NCBI GenBank assembly: GCA_964016885.1
Contig: OZ024749.1
Span: 38,254,001 to 38,318,000, forward strand
Direction: 5' to 3'
Length of the DNA: 64,000 bases
Source of the DNA: Eledone cirrhosa
Taxonomy: Eukaryota
In this document: positions 44,515-59,314 of the stretch, piece after piece
How positions within the stretch are numbered: position 1 is the first letter of the stretch
How the letters are laid out: every line of letters starts with the position of its first letter
Program-made: the position numbers and the translations under genes
The notes under the pieces: model-generated
Seen by the model: only the letters and a program-made list of their open reading frames with translations
Database searches by the model: none
Told to the model about the DNA's origin: nothing

Positions 44515-44646
44515 GTATGTATATGTATGTGTGTGTGTGTTTGTTTGTGTGCGTTTATGTATATTTATATATGTAAATATATATGTATACACATATATAT
44601 ATATGTATATACACATATATGTATATATATACTTACACACGTATAC

Positions 44647-44838
<192 letters not shown>

Positions 44839-45017
44839 ATGTACATATACATACATCACATTTACACATATAAAGGCAGACATACATAAATGCATGACAT
44901 ATATATACACACCACATATGTATACAAACCGATTATATAAAATCAAGAGAGACATTCACACGCTAACACACACATTCATACATAATTATTTACCTCTAAA
45001 AATCAATTATAGATGCT

Positions 45018-45080
<63 letters not shown>

Positions 45081-45085
45081 GTGTA

Positions 45086-45151
<66 letters not shown>

Positions 45152-45218
45152 CACATATACATATACAATAAAACATATATATATATATACACATACACAT
45201 ATAGAATAAAACTCACCT

Positions 45219-45360
<142 letters not shown>

Positions 45361-45593
45361 TATGTGTGTGTTTGTGTGTGTCAGGCGTGTGTAATTATCT
45401 ATGCATAGTCCAGTGGAACGCAAATATCTTATATTTATACAAAAGCACAGTTATACTCGCCATCTTAAATCTAAATATTGCAAAGCTTAAAATAGGATAT
45501 ACCGAGTCGTGTGCATTAACATGTATGTATATATATATATGTGTGTGTATGTGGGTGGGTGTCTGTCTGTCTGTTTGTATGTATGTATGTATG

Positions 45594-45664
<71 letters not shown>

Positions 45665-45890
45665 GTGTGTGTGTGTCTATGTATATATATATATGTATAT
45701 ATATATATATGGGTTCGTGTGTATGTGCTCATATATAGATACACATATACATAATCTACATACATTCATACGAAATATGTGTACTTTTTATTATTCAAAT
45801 TTGTGCATACGTTTCTCATAGATTTAGCATGAAGGTTAGGCACATATCTAATTATATACTCAAGCATTATAATAATAATAATAATAATAA

Positions 45891-47851
45891 TGCTTTCTTT
45901 ATTAACCACAAGGGTTTACACAAAGTGAGACATTAAGGACAGTACAGGACAATACAGGACGGTACAAATGGGCATTTATGCGTGTAAAAAACAAAAACAG
46001 AGGATGTAAGAAAAAAGAGACAATGAAAAATTCCCCAATAGGGGGGAGACTTCCGAGGGACATTCGTGGAGAAAGCCCATTAAAAAAGCCACGGTGACCC
46101 TGACCACCAGGGCAAGTGCCCTCTCCTAGTTTCCCACCTTCAATTTTCAGGCACATACTCAGAGCCATTCTTGCCTCTCTCACCCATCTTTCAACAAAGT
46201 ACTGGGAAGAGAGCACTTCCCTCTCTATCCTGATTTTCCTTTTAAAATGAAATTTGAAAAAGTTAATCAGGGCATCACCGACGAGGTAATTACTCGTCTT
46301 CAGCCCTTTCAAACGCGTCCACCGTACTATCTCTTTCGTCATGGCCACCAGACAGATAAAAACTGCATGCCCTTCCCGGCTAAAGGAAAAGGGCGGGGCA
46401 ATCCTCACGATGGACTCAGCTGATAGCCGGATCCGTCCTATACGCTACAGCAGGTGTTCTACATAAACCCACAAGTCAGCAATGCTCGGACACTGGACGA
46501 GTGCGTGCAGGACGGTTTCGTCGCCCTATGTGCATCTTGGACATGCCCGGGTGACGGCACTTCCATGCTTGTACAGATTATCCCGAACTGGCAAAGCTCC
46601 TCGGTAGCACTGCCAGGCCAGGGATTTCTGGAAGTTGTCCATAGGCCCCGGCCCGAAAGTCCTTCCGAAGAGATTGGCTAGTTGATTTTCGTCGACGCCT
46701 AGAGTTTCTCCAAGAACGTCGGCGCTCTTCCTCTCCACTAATCCTCTATAGAACGCCAAGGTGGAGTTTCCACCGATCACATTGCCCGACTGGTCGAGGG
46801 CTGTGAGCGTCTGAAGACATTCCAGTCTCCAAGGGCTCCCTCTCGGTCTTCGCTTGACCCAGGACTGCAGCTCCGTCAAGGAGACGAGCTGGGGAAATAC
46901 GCGTCCAGCAAACGTCTTGTGTGGGTTTTTTGCGCCCACACATGTCCCAAAGCTTTTTGTATATGGGACTCGGATGCCCGTTCCACTCGGCGTGATATAG
47001 TGTTTATTGTCCGATATGACACGGTACATAGGCGCCGATGCTCCATTTTATTAGAGGGGGGGGGGGCCTGACCATGTACCCATCTTTTTTTACCATTCGC
47101 TTGGCTTCATTCAATTCATCCTGGCTTACCTCGACTGTCTCGTTTTTCTTGGCCACTTTAGCAAACGACACATTTTGTTTTGCGCTGGTGTTGATGTTGT
47201 TGTTGTTATTCTCATTTTTGTTGTTGCTGCTGTTGTTGTTATCGTTATTTTTGTTATTATTATTTTTAGTTTCAGTTGTGGTGGGGTCAATGGTATTCGG
47301 CGTGGAGGAGTCGCTTCTGGGTGAATACATTTCGATGTCACGAGTTAATAATTTATTTTTTGTTTCTGTTGTCGCTGTGGTGGTGGCGGTATCAGTGGTT
47401 TTGGTTGTTCTTTTTGACATTGTGGTGGTGGGGTGCCGGCTTTAACACCTGCAGTTATTGGTAATGGCGGGAAATCCATGTTTTCATGTGCCAAATTTAA
47501 ATAATTGCCATTGCTATTACTTATATTTTCAGTGTTGGCAGCCGTAGCAAGGTTTACAATGGTAGTGGTGGTGGTGGGAGACGTTAGTCTGTTAGAAAGG
47601 CTGTTAGCAGCTTTGGGTAGCTGAAAGCCGTCCATGTTATTTTTTCAAAGAAAATTTTTTGTTTGATAAATATAAAAGTTTAAATTTTGGTCTAAAGGCC
47701 CAATATTATTGAGTGTCTTTTTCAGAAAGCAATATATGTGAACTTATAAACACTTAACAACAAAAATGTTCCATAACTGGCAATTTGAAACAACTGAAAA
47801 TAACAAACCTTTGTGGAGCTCACGATAATACGATTTCCTACGTAGGTCGCC
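45891..47851 (-). mobile_element. L1/Tx1-like LINE, internally deleted, inserted in (TAA)n
   Basis: ORF1 N-terminus from 47635 (SFAKVAK motif) joined near 46920 to ORF2 C-terminus (ALPVRD..CPRC..ETVLHALVQCP); (TAA)n on both sides. Confidence 0.8.
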
Positions 47852-47889
<38 letters not shown>

Positions 47890-47893
<4 letters not shown>

Positions 47894-48095
47894 TGTTTCT
47901 TATATAGGCTCAAGGCCAGCAATTTTGGGGAGGGGAAAGTCGATTAAATCGACCCCAGTACGTTACTAGTGCTTTATTTTATCGACCCCGTAAGGATGAA
48001 ACGAAGTTAAACTCGGTGGGATTTGAACTCAGAACGTAAAAGGCCATAACTTTATGCTGCAAAGTATGGTGTCTGACGCTCTACCGACACTGCCA
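47890..48095 (-). mobile_element. tRNA-SINE whose (ATT)n tail hosts the Tx1-like LINE
   Basis: SINE body directly abuts the (TAA)n tract. Confidence 0.85.
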
Positions 48096-48099
48096 TAAA

Positions 48100-49000
48100 A
48101 TGAGTCATGATAGAATGGGGCAATATTTACACTGGGAATATGCAGTGTTTATGGTATAAAAACAGAGGGAAATGGTACAACCATCACCGAGATGCAGTAA
48201 CAGGGGGTAATAATGTAACAATCCTATAGGATTTCCTTGTGAACACGAACAGAACAATCAAGGCCAACAGACCTGATATAATTGTGAAGAAATATAAAGA
48301 GAAAACAGGTTTCTTAATTGACATGAGCATCCCATCAAGTCGTAACATCTCCATGAAAGACTTCCGAAAGCTCAGTAAATATAAATATCTGACAATGGAT
48401 ATTAAGAAAATCTGGCATCTTAAAGCCTATACAAGACCAGTGGTAGTCAGTGTAGCTTGAGTGATAAAAAAGGAACTGAAAGATATGTGCACCAGATACT
48501 TGGAAACCAACTCTGCACGAATTAGAGAAAAAAGTGCTAAATGGGACGGTCCATGTCCTGAGAAGTGCGTTATCAGTTTAAAAACCTAATAATAACAATA
48601 GAACGCAATATATGGTTTCTTAGATGTTTTTATTATAGAGGGCCCAATTCTATTTTGTCAATATTTACTCCGTGACAAGATGTGGGATTTGGACGTAGAA
48701 CGCAAAGAACTAGAACAGATAACGCGAGATTTAATAAACACACCAATCATCATTCTTCCTGCCATAAATATAAAGATCTGACAATTGAAATTGAGAGAAT
48801 GAATCATGTTAAAGCATTTACAATATCAGTGGTAGTGGGTGCAGTTGGAATGATAAAAAAAAGGAATTGGAAAATATGTGGACCAGATACTTGGGAAGTC
48901 ATCTTTGCAAGAATTAGAGAAAATAGGGCTGACTGGCACTGTCCATTCCTGAGAAGTGCCTTATCAATTTAAAAACCTAGTGATAACAATAGAACGCAAT
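48100..49000 (+). pseudogene. Two R4/Dong-like LINE 3' ends
   Basis: HDRMGQYLHW...RTIKANRPDIIV...LIDMSIP..KLSKYK; second copy KYKDLTIEIERM..VVVGAVG. Confidence 0.8.
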
Positions 49001-50699
49001 CTCAACATGGATCAGTTCTCAAATAAAAGGGGATTGCACTTTAGGCTAATTGCAGGGAGAACCTCACACAAAACCTCAGATTATGATGTCACCTCATGGG
49101 AATTTAAGTGCCCTCTCTCTGTGTCTATCTTACAAAAGCATAGTCAGATTAGGTCCTTTTCAGCCTCGCCAATCTCACCGTTCTCACTCATCTTTCACAA
49201 AACACTCTAGAATGTAGCACCCCGCTCTCTATCCTTAATTGGAACTTGAAGACATCGATGAGGCCTAGCCCGGAGAGGAAGATTCCTATCCTCGTTACGT
49301 GGATATAAAGATTTCCTTGATGTGAGGAATCTTTGTTATTTCTTTATTTACGATTAAGGAAATAATTTGGGGGTGGTAATGTCGATTTCTTGACCTGCCA
49401 TAAACCAACAGATTCATTGTGAACAGCTATCTTGATGATGGAAGAAATGTTTCCGTTTGAATTTCTGTTCAGAATAGAATTTCTGTTGAGAATAGAAAGA
49501 AATGTAACTATGTGGCACTCCTCTAATTCTGCCAACAATGACTCATCTCTTCTCTCTTTTTACACGTTACTATATTAATGTGCTTTAAAAAAGACATTAT
49601 CAAATTTTAGGTATAATTAATAACAGAATTAAAATGTGTTTATTGAAGAAAACGTGTTACGGCGTGAATAAAGACTAAAATTAATATGAACTATCTCTTT
49701 CGTTTGAATTTTGAATTTTCTAAATATTCTTTCTTTAAATATATTTTAAAGTATTTGTCTTTAATTCTTTTCTTAAAAAAGTATTTATCTTAAATTGCAC
49801 ACATGATTAAACATGGTTCGAACTCATGATCTATGAACTACAATTTATTAACTACTAAATCATTGTTGAATTCTATTTTCAAAGAAAACACGCAAGATTT
49901 TTCTCTGTTCTCTTTGAAGGTTCATCAAATCAAATTAACCATGAAGCCACGAAGAAGTTCTCTGAAACGTTTAGGATAAAGCTTACAAGTTTATATCGTA
50001 GGTTACAATAATAATAAAGAAGACTACCGTGGCTCAGATAAGTGATTTTTTTATGTAGGATGATAGTTGGTATTAAAGTTCCAAACGCCGGCCAAGTTAA
50101 CAGTTCTACGAAGTATCTAAGATGTTGCTTACAAGTTAATGTTGGAGATTACTTCTTCTTTATTTGTTCACCTCATGCAAAATAAGAAAGCTACTAAAAT
50201 GGAAGTAGTTACGGAGAAGGGAGAAGGACAGAACAGAGAAAACATCATTCAAGGAGAGTGAAAATGACGTTTGATGCTGCCTTTGAATTTTTGCAAATGT
50301 TAGTGCTCGAGAAAGCAATAAACTGGAAGAGAATCCCGTAGACAATGCCAGGCGAGAAACTATCAGTATAGACTTTACATTTAGGAATTACAACTTTAAA
50401 TAGGTGAGACCTAGTCACCAATATGGTCCTCCATTTAAGCTCGTTACGATGAGACAACATTGAGGAAAGCTATCTTAACCGGACAATTGACAGGAAAATA
50501 TTTATAAAAATGGCAGAGAGCGACAAGAACCACTGGAACACTCATGGTCGAAAGTGATGGAAATCCTTTCCATTTCTCGAGGTTTGTCAATGATCATAAC
50601 TATACCGATGCTGTCAAAATGATGACGATAAAAAAAAAAAATTTACTAAACACTTATATCAAAAAAATATCTTATAAACAAACAAAACAACAAAAAAAC

Positions 50700-51100
50700 T
50701 ACCTAGCAATATAGTTATCATAGTAACATGTGGAATGATGGGCAGGTAACGTAACGCTACTTTATTGGTTATCATAGTAACATGTGGAATATGGGGAGGT
50801 AACTTAACGCTACTTTATTGGTTATCATAGTAACATGTGGAATGATGGGCAGGTAACTTAACGCTACTTTATTGGTTATCATAGTAACATGTGGAATAAT
50901 GGGGAGGTAACTGAATGTTTTTATTTTCTGGTTACCATAGTAACATGTGAAATTGTCAAAGAAGGAAACTTAAGAATGTTGTTGTTTTTTTGTTTTGGCT
51001 TTTGTTTTTATTGGTTGTCATAGTAACATGTGAAATAGTGGAGAGGTAACAGTAATGGTGGCTTTTTTTTTTTTTTTTTTTGGTTGCATAGTAACATGAG
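50700..51100. promoter_or_regulatory. ~54-bp tandem repeat carrying seven RFX X-box-like motifs
   Basis: GTTATCATAGTAAC at 50714, 50768, 50821, 50875; variants at 50931, 51014, 51083. Confidence 0.5.
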
Positions 51101-51400
51101 GGACTAAGGTAAATACCATAGAAACAAGTTAACTGACGACAACAAAATAGCTGTATCAGTTTGTCGTGTCAGCTATCATGGCGGCTAAAATATCAAATAA
51201 GTGATTTCTTAAATTCCTGAGTTCTACACTGTATCGCTGTATCAACAACACTGACTGCTGTAATACAAGGAAACATCTCCATCTTGCTATAGTGTATTGT
51301 TACATCTGTATGTTTGTATACATATATATATATATATATATATGAGCTCTGGCCGTTTCGAGAACTAGATCCGTTCGAATCTAGCTGTCCTGACTCTTTT

Positions 51401-51461
<61 letters not shown>

Positions 51462-51514
51462 ATGTATATATATATATAATATATACATAATACATATATA
51501 TAATATATATATAT

Positions 51515-51603
<89 letters not shown>

Positions 51604-51681
51604 ATGTATATATATGTATATATATATATAATATATACATAATACATATATATAATATATATATATAATATATATATATAA

Positions 51682-51746
<65 letters not shown>

Positions 51747-51900
51747 GTGTGTGTATGTATGTATATACATACTACTGTACGTCTGTATACATATATGTAT
51801 GTACGTATACATAGATACATACTTACATTTAAGTAAGTACCGTACTAAGAGTGAGAAATGAAATTTCGTTTCATTCTAATCCATTTATATATATATATAT

Positions 51901-51973
<73 letters not shown>

Positions 51974-51977
<4 letters not shown>

Positions 51978-52129
51978 AAAAGATTCAGGACACCTAGATT
52001 CGAACGGATCTAGTTCTCGAAACGACCGGAGCTCAGCCTGACTGTTTTCATATTACCCACTCTACTACCCTAAATATTGGATACTCTGATGCGTTATGGT
52101 CCACCTGGTATCTTACCACACCTTGTTTG

Positions 52130-52132
<3 letters not shown>
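51974..52132 (+). mobile_element. PLE family A subfamily; inverted partial copy at 51343-51404
   Basis: Shares the TTACCCACTCTACTACCC tail with family A. Confidence 0.7.
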
Positions 52133-52187
<55 letters not shown>

Positions 52188-52206
52188 ATGTATATATATA
52201 TAAATA

Positions 52207-52345
<139 letters not shown>

Positions 52346-52475
52346 CAAACAGGGTGTTCATATATATATATATATATATAATGGAAAAATTTGAACAGGG
52401 ACAAAACAGAGAGGCAGTGGCAGTACAACGAATGTTTATTAATTTCACGCTCTGGAGAGTGGGGTGTTGGTGGGG

Positions 52476-52509
52476 GACGACGTTTCGGGCATAAGCCCTT
52501 CCTCAGGTG
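52476..52509 (-). ncRNA. Minimal PLE-type hammerhead
   Basis: CTGAGGA-A-GGGC(TTAT)GCCC-GAAA-CG-TC; weak stem I. Confidence 0.6.
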
Positions 52510-52619
52510 AGAAGTGTGTGGGAACAGAGTTCAAAGGGTGTGTAGGGGAGTGGTGGAGAGACATATACCGAAAGGAAACGGTGCGAATGAAAAAAATAAA
52601 TATATATATATATATATGA

Positions 52620-52937
52620 ACGACCAAACATGGACGAGTTGAGAGTGAAACTGTGTTTAAGCAGAATAAACTGTAATGTGTGGGAGAGACGAGTGGGTTG
52701 GTATGGTCATATGATGCGCATAGAAGATGACCGCTGGGCGAAGACGTGCCAAGAAATCCCGGTGGAAGGAAGAAGCAGTAGAGGAAGACCACGAAAGACA
52801 AAGGCGGAGGTGATGAGAGGTGACCTCAGATCGCTGAAGGTCACAGAGGAGATGACGAATGGAGAGATGCTGTGCTGAAGTGGACCCGTCCGACCATTGC
52901 AAGCAAGGGAAAGCGGATGTAAAACGATGATGATGAT
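52620..52937 (+). pseudogene. RTE-like LINE 3' end with (GAT)n tail
   Basis: RRVGWYGHMMR...VEGRSSRGRPRKT...DL. Confidence 0.8.
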
Positions 52938-53730
52938 ATATATATATACATATATATATACATATATATCATCATCATCATCACCATATATATATATATT
53001 TATATGAAGTCTACAGTCTGTCTTAAGCCAAAAGGCTCATATGGCCGGTACTTACCCCGGTTTCATATACATATATATATATGGTGATGATGATGATGAT
53101 ATATATGTATATATATATGTATATATATATGTATATATATATATCATCATCATCGTTTTACATCCGCTTTTCCTTGCTTGCAATGGTCGGACGGGTCCAC
53201 TTCAGCACAGCATCTCTCCATTCGTCATCTCCTCTGAGATATATATATAAATGAGATATATATATATAAATGAAAGGTATAGAAAGTATTGTAGCAAGAA
53301 GCCAACAGTATTCCATAATATATGTGACTATAGCGTCAAAATGGGAAAATAGTTAACGTAAGATGTGGGAAAATAATTCAAACTCAATTCAAAAAGAATC
53401 AGGATATAGACTTATCCAACAGAATTTAGAGAAATCCAATAGAGCCTTAACTCATGATAAAATAAAGTTTAAAATAGTCATCCTTCAATTTAGGACAACT
53501 ACAAATGCTCTGTATAGTCTTGAAAAAGACTATTTCACGTAAAGTTTCAGTGGAGATGGTTACGGTTGGAATACGATCCTCAGCAGAGCTCAACACGATA
53601 GCCAGATTCTCACTGATTAATATGCCAAAAAGGGAATTTAAAAGCAGGCTAGTTTAACATCATGCGTGATTATGAAAATAAAACGCACATGGGGAAAAAC
53701 AGGGCTCGTGACGTCAGAATGAGACGAATG

Positions 53731-53770
<40 letters not shown>

Positions 53771-54053
53771 CATATATGCAATATATATATATATATATAT
53801 ATATATATGGAGTAGAAGTGAAAGAGGAAGCACAAAACAGATAGTTATTGAGGAGGTCACGGAATGTGTCACGATAGAACTTTAATGTTAAAAGAATAAC
53901 AAACAACAACGATGAAAATGAATTGAAAATTATATAGTGCATGTGTGTGTCTCTATTAGCAATATTGTCAACATGATCATCCCCAAATAAAATAATATTG
54001 GTTTCAACACACGATTTCACATCAAGGAACTTGCAGAAGAAATACATAACTGT

Positions 54054-54103
<50 letters not shown>

Positions 54104-54105
<2 letters not shown>

Positions 54106-54741
54106 TAGCATTGGTTGGTACCCGGCGTTACACGGGATAAGGTATTTTTGAACGCGGGCCGCCAACAGACCTAATCGTGGAAAAACTGCATGCCTGGACA
54201 ATATGTAAAGAATATAAACCGAATACTCTTATGCCTGGATAATCTTTAAGATTTTCCTCGATGAAGCAGGAAAAATGCAGGTTTTCACCTAATGCGGGCC
54301 ATAGGGGATCAAGAAAATGAAATGTTTTTATGTGCATAATACGCCTTGAAATTTGGGGAAAATCGGCTAGACGTAACGCCTCAAAAAAGCGCTAAAAAGC
54401 TGAAAAAGTTTTTCACCTAATGCGCGCCCTAGGCCATAAAAAAGTTGGATTTTCTTTGCTCACGGTATGAAGAAGAAACTGACTAATACATAGTTACAAT
54501 TTCAAGGACATCAATCTGACGTAACGCCTAAAAAAACCCATAAAGAGCTGAAAAAACGCAGTTTTTTCACCTAATAGGGGATCAAAAAGTTGAATTTGTT
54601 ATGTGCATAACACTCCCTGAAACATAGGTTATACACATGTAAAGGTTGCAAAAAATCGGCTGGGTACTTCTCGAGTTTTAGGGATTCAAACTCACAGACA
54701 TACACACACAGACAGACATCCTCAGTGTTATACATATAGAT
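54104..54741. mobile_element. Non-autonomous Helitron/Helentron-like element
   Basis: ACTAG followed by the hairpin CCCG(GCGTTACA)CGGG; internal direct repeats; CAGA repeats and ATATAGAT at the other end. Confidence 0.7.
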
Positions 54742-55407
54742 ATAGATATAGATATATTGAGAGAGAAACTTTTATGAGCTGTCGATCTACTAAAGTAGAA
54801 CTGAAAGATATGACAGTTTATATGGAGGAAGATATTACAGATTAGGTTAGGGAGAAGGAGAGAAATATATAAGATTTAGTATCTTCAAAGTTATTTTAAT
54901 GGTATCTTTTGTGGAGATGATGTAGATTATTTTTACTATGTCTGACATAACAGAGAGCATAACAGAAGTAATAACAATATGTCTTATGACCGGTGACCTC
55001 GTGGGCATAGAGAAACCAACACTCTCTGTTCGATTGACGTTTTTATGTGAAGGTTAGACATAGTTCTCAGTGGCTCCTTTTGTGACTACCTACACCATAG
55101 ATCACTTAACCTGTCATTTACAGGTGTTTCTCACTGTCAGCACTATACTATCCCACTTAACACTTTCAATACTGCAGGGACATATAGATGGCAAAATTAA
55201 TTTTACGTTCTACTGAATTCTCTTTCCAATATTTTTCATAATTTAGCAATATGTAGTTATTTTTACTTGTTCTGTATTGCTAATCATCTTGTGCAATGTG
55301 TATATTACAAGGAGAAAGTTATAATACAAAACAAATTCACATTAAAAAAAACCATGCTACTAGCTTAATTTGATCAGAATTAACTATTATTAATTTAAAA
55401 TAAACTA

Positions 55408-55980
55408 AAGGGCGGTGGATTCGCAGTATCGGTAGAGGGTTGGACGCCATGCTTTGACGTATAGAGTTACGGCCCTTGCCATTCTGAGTTCAAATCCCGG
55501 CGAGGTTAACTTTGCCTTTCATCCTTACGGGGTCGATAAAATAAAGTACCAGTAATGCACTGGGTAATTGCTAGCCTTGTGCCAAAAGTAGAAACAATTA
55601 ATTTAAAATAAACTATTTTTATTATTTCTAAAATCCACCGAGGTTAACTTTGCCTTTCATTCTTACGGGATCGATAAAATAAAGTACCAGTAATGTACTG
55701 GTTAATTGCTGGCCTTGTGCCAAAAGTAGAAACAATTATTTGTTAAGTCAGTTAAGGCGGTGTATTGGCTGCATGTATAGAGTGTCGGACATCATACTTT
55801 GCAGCATAAAGTTATCTCCCTTTATGTTCTAATTTCAAATCCCACCAAGGTTGGTTTTGTCTTCGTCTTTCATCCTTATGGGGTCCATAAAATAAGGTAC
55901 CAGTAATGAACTTGGATCGATTTAATCAACTTTCCCCTCACCCAAAATTGTTTGCTTTTTGCATAATTCAGAAACCATTA
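55408..55980 (+). mobile_element. Three tandem tRNA-SINEs; the first has a 19-bp TSD
   Basis: ATTAATTTAAAATAAACTA at 55389-55407 and 55597-55615. Confidence 0.9.
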
Positions 55981-56770
55981 TTTCTAAGATCAATATTATA
56001 AGTATTAATCGTTTTGTTTTATTTTTCTATCGTTGTTATGACGTCGAATAGCATCTGTCTTTATTGCTTAGTCGAGGGGAATAGATCAGTTAAATGCCTC
56101 ATACCACTTTGTGGAGTTCCGAGAATGATTGTTGTCAAAGAGGCTACTTCAGTGGCTCAGAAAAGAACCAGTAATATCTTGCAATCAATACAATACATTT
56201 TCCTTTCACCCAGTATATGTAGCTTTTGATTTTTGTACACAGCAATATTCAGTCAATATACTTCATTTAACGCTACAATAGGAGTCTCCTTCCCTCAATC
56301 TGAGATATTTCCTGCTACATCCACACAAGAAGGCATTTTCGAATAAATTGACTCAACTCCTCCATCTGAGGATCGACTTTTTTATTTCTAGAGCCAATAC
56401 GTCACCCCCAAACTGTTGTCCCGCTGGAATTTCCTCCATGGTTATTTGACCTGCAACAGCTTAAGAGGAACCTCAGCCGCACCAATCCAAGTAGTTCGGG
56501 GAAATGAGGAGATGCGAAAGCTCTAGGTCCTGCTTCTTTCTTCTGACCAAGGAAACCGAAGGAAAAAACATCATACGTCTATGATAAAAGCTATAGTAAA
56601 ATCAATTGCGCCAAATATTAGTGGGACCAAATCTATAACCACATGGCTTGTGAAGCAAATTTGTTCACCATGCAGCCACACCTAGGTACAATAACATCAA
56701 ACATGTTTGCAGACGCTAGACATATTTCTTTGATAACAAATAAATACCAAAACTACCAATACGAATATAC

Positions 56771-57518
<748 letters not shown>

Positions 57519-57957
57519 TTCAACTATTACTTGTGTATTTATTCATTCTACTTCAATGAAGAACACACTGCTTTGATGAATCTGTTTTAAAGATAAGGAC
57601 GATTCCTGGTTGTTGAGAAAGATGCTGCCTCTGGCCAAATGTCTCAGATAGCTCCTTCCTTTGATAGATAATTTGTACATCCATCAATATGTAAATGTGG
57701 TAAGATGACAGGTAGGAAACACAAACATACTTTGAAGAGAATGTTCTTGAAATCAATTTAGCTATGTGATTGGATTCATGTGTCTACTGCAGGAGTTTGG
57801 TAATTATGCTATCGCCTACTCCGGATAACTACATCATAATAACCATAACTACATCAACACAATCATACAAGCATCATCATCATCATCATCATCATAATAT
57901 TGCCACATCACAACATCACACTACATCAGAAACATAACATCACCACCATCATAAAAT

Positions 57958-59049
57958 TATCATCATCATCATCATCATAATATTCACAACAAACGTCACA
58001 AGGACATCATCATAATCATAACAACACCACTCCCATCATAAAATCATCATCATCATCATCATAATATTCACAACAAACGTCACAAGGACATCAGCGTAAT
58101 CATAACAACACCACTCCCATCATAAAATCATCATCATCATCATCATAATATTCACAACAAACGCCACAAGGACATCATCATAATCATAACAACACCACTC
58201 CCATCATAAAATCATCATCATCATCATCATAATATTCACAACAAACGTGACAAGGACATCATCATAATCATAACAACACCACTCCCATCATAAAATCATC
58301 ATCATCATCATCATAATATTCACAACAAACGTCACAAGGACATCATCATAATCATAACAACACCACTCCCATCATAAAATCATCATCATCATCATCATAA
58401 TATTCACAACAAACGTCACAAGGACATCATCATAATCATAACAACACCACTCCCATCATAAAATCATCATCATCATCATCATAATATTCACAACAAACGT
58501 CACAAGGACATCATCATAATCATAACAACACCACTCCCATCATAAAATCATCATCATCATCATCATAATATTCACAACAAACGTCACAAGGACATCATCA
58601 TAATCATAACAACACCACTCCCATCATAAAATCATCATCATCATCATCATCATAATATTCACAACAAACGTCACAAGGACATCATCATAATCATAACAAC
58701 ACCACTCCCATCATAAAATCATCATCATCATCATCATAATATTCACAACAAACGTCACAAGGACATCATCATAAAATCATAACAACACCACTCCCATCAT
58801 AAAATCATCATCATCATCATCATAATATTCACAACAAACGTCACAAGGACATCATCATAATCATAACAACACCACTCCCATCATAAAATCATCATCATCA
58901 TCATCATAATATTCACAACAAACGTCACAAGGACATCATCATAATCATAACAACACCACTCCCATCATAAAATCATCATCATCATCATAATATTCACAAC
59001 AAACGTCACAAGGACATCATCATAATCATAACAACACCACTCCCATCAT

Positions 59050-59081
<32 letters not shown>

Positions 59082-59082
59082 A
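57958..59082. repeat. 84-bp satellite, ~13 units
   Basis: TATTCAC anchors at 57981, 58065, 58149 and onward. Confidence 0.95.
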
Positions 59083-59314
59083 ACATTGCCACATCATAAC
59101 CTCAACAACATCATTATCATAACAACACCCCCCCCCCCACCAACATAACGTCATCATCACCATCATAACATTAAGAACAAACATCACGACAAGATTCTAA
59201 TCATGACACCACCACCATCATCATCATCATGAAATTATCATCATCATCATCATAACATTAACATCAAACATCACACCAACAACATCATAATCATAACTAC
59301 ACGACCACCATCAT

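Noticed and set aside
49900-50630. Possible decayed transposase or host exon
   Set aside because: Many stops and no recognisable motif; the same applies to 56220-56760 and 37400-37780
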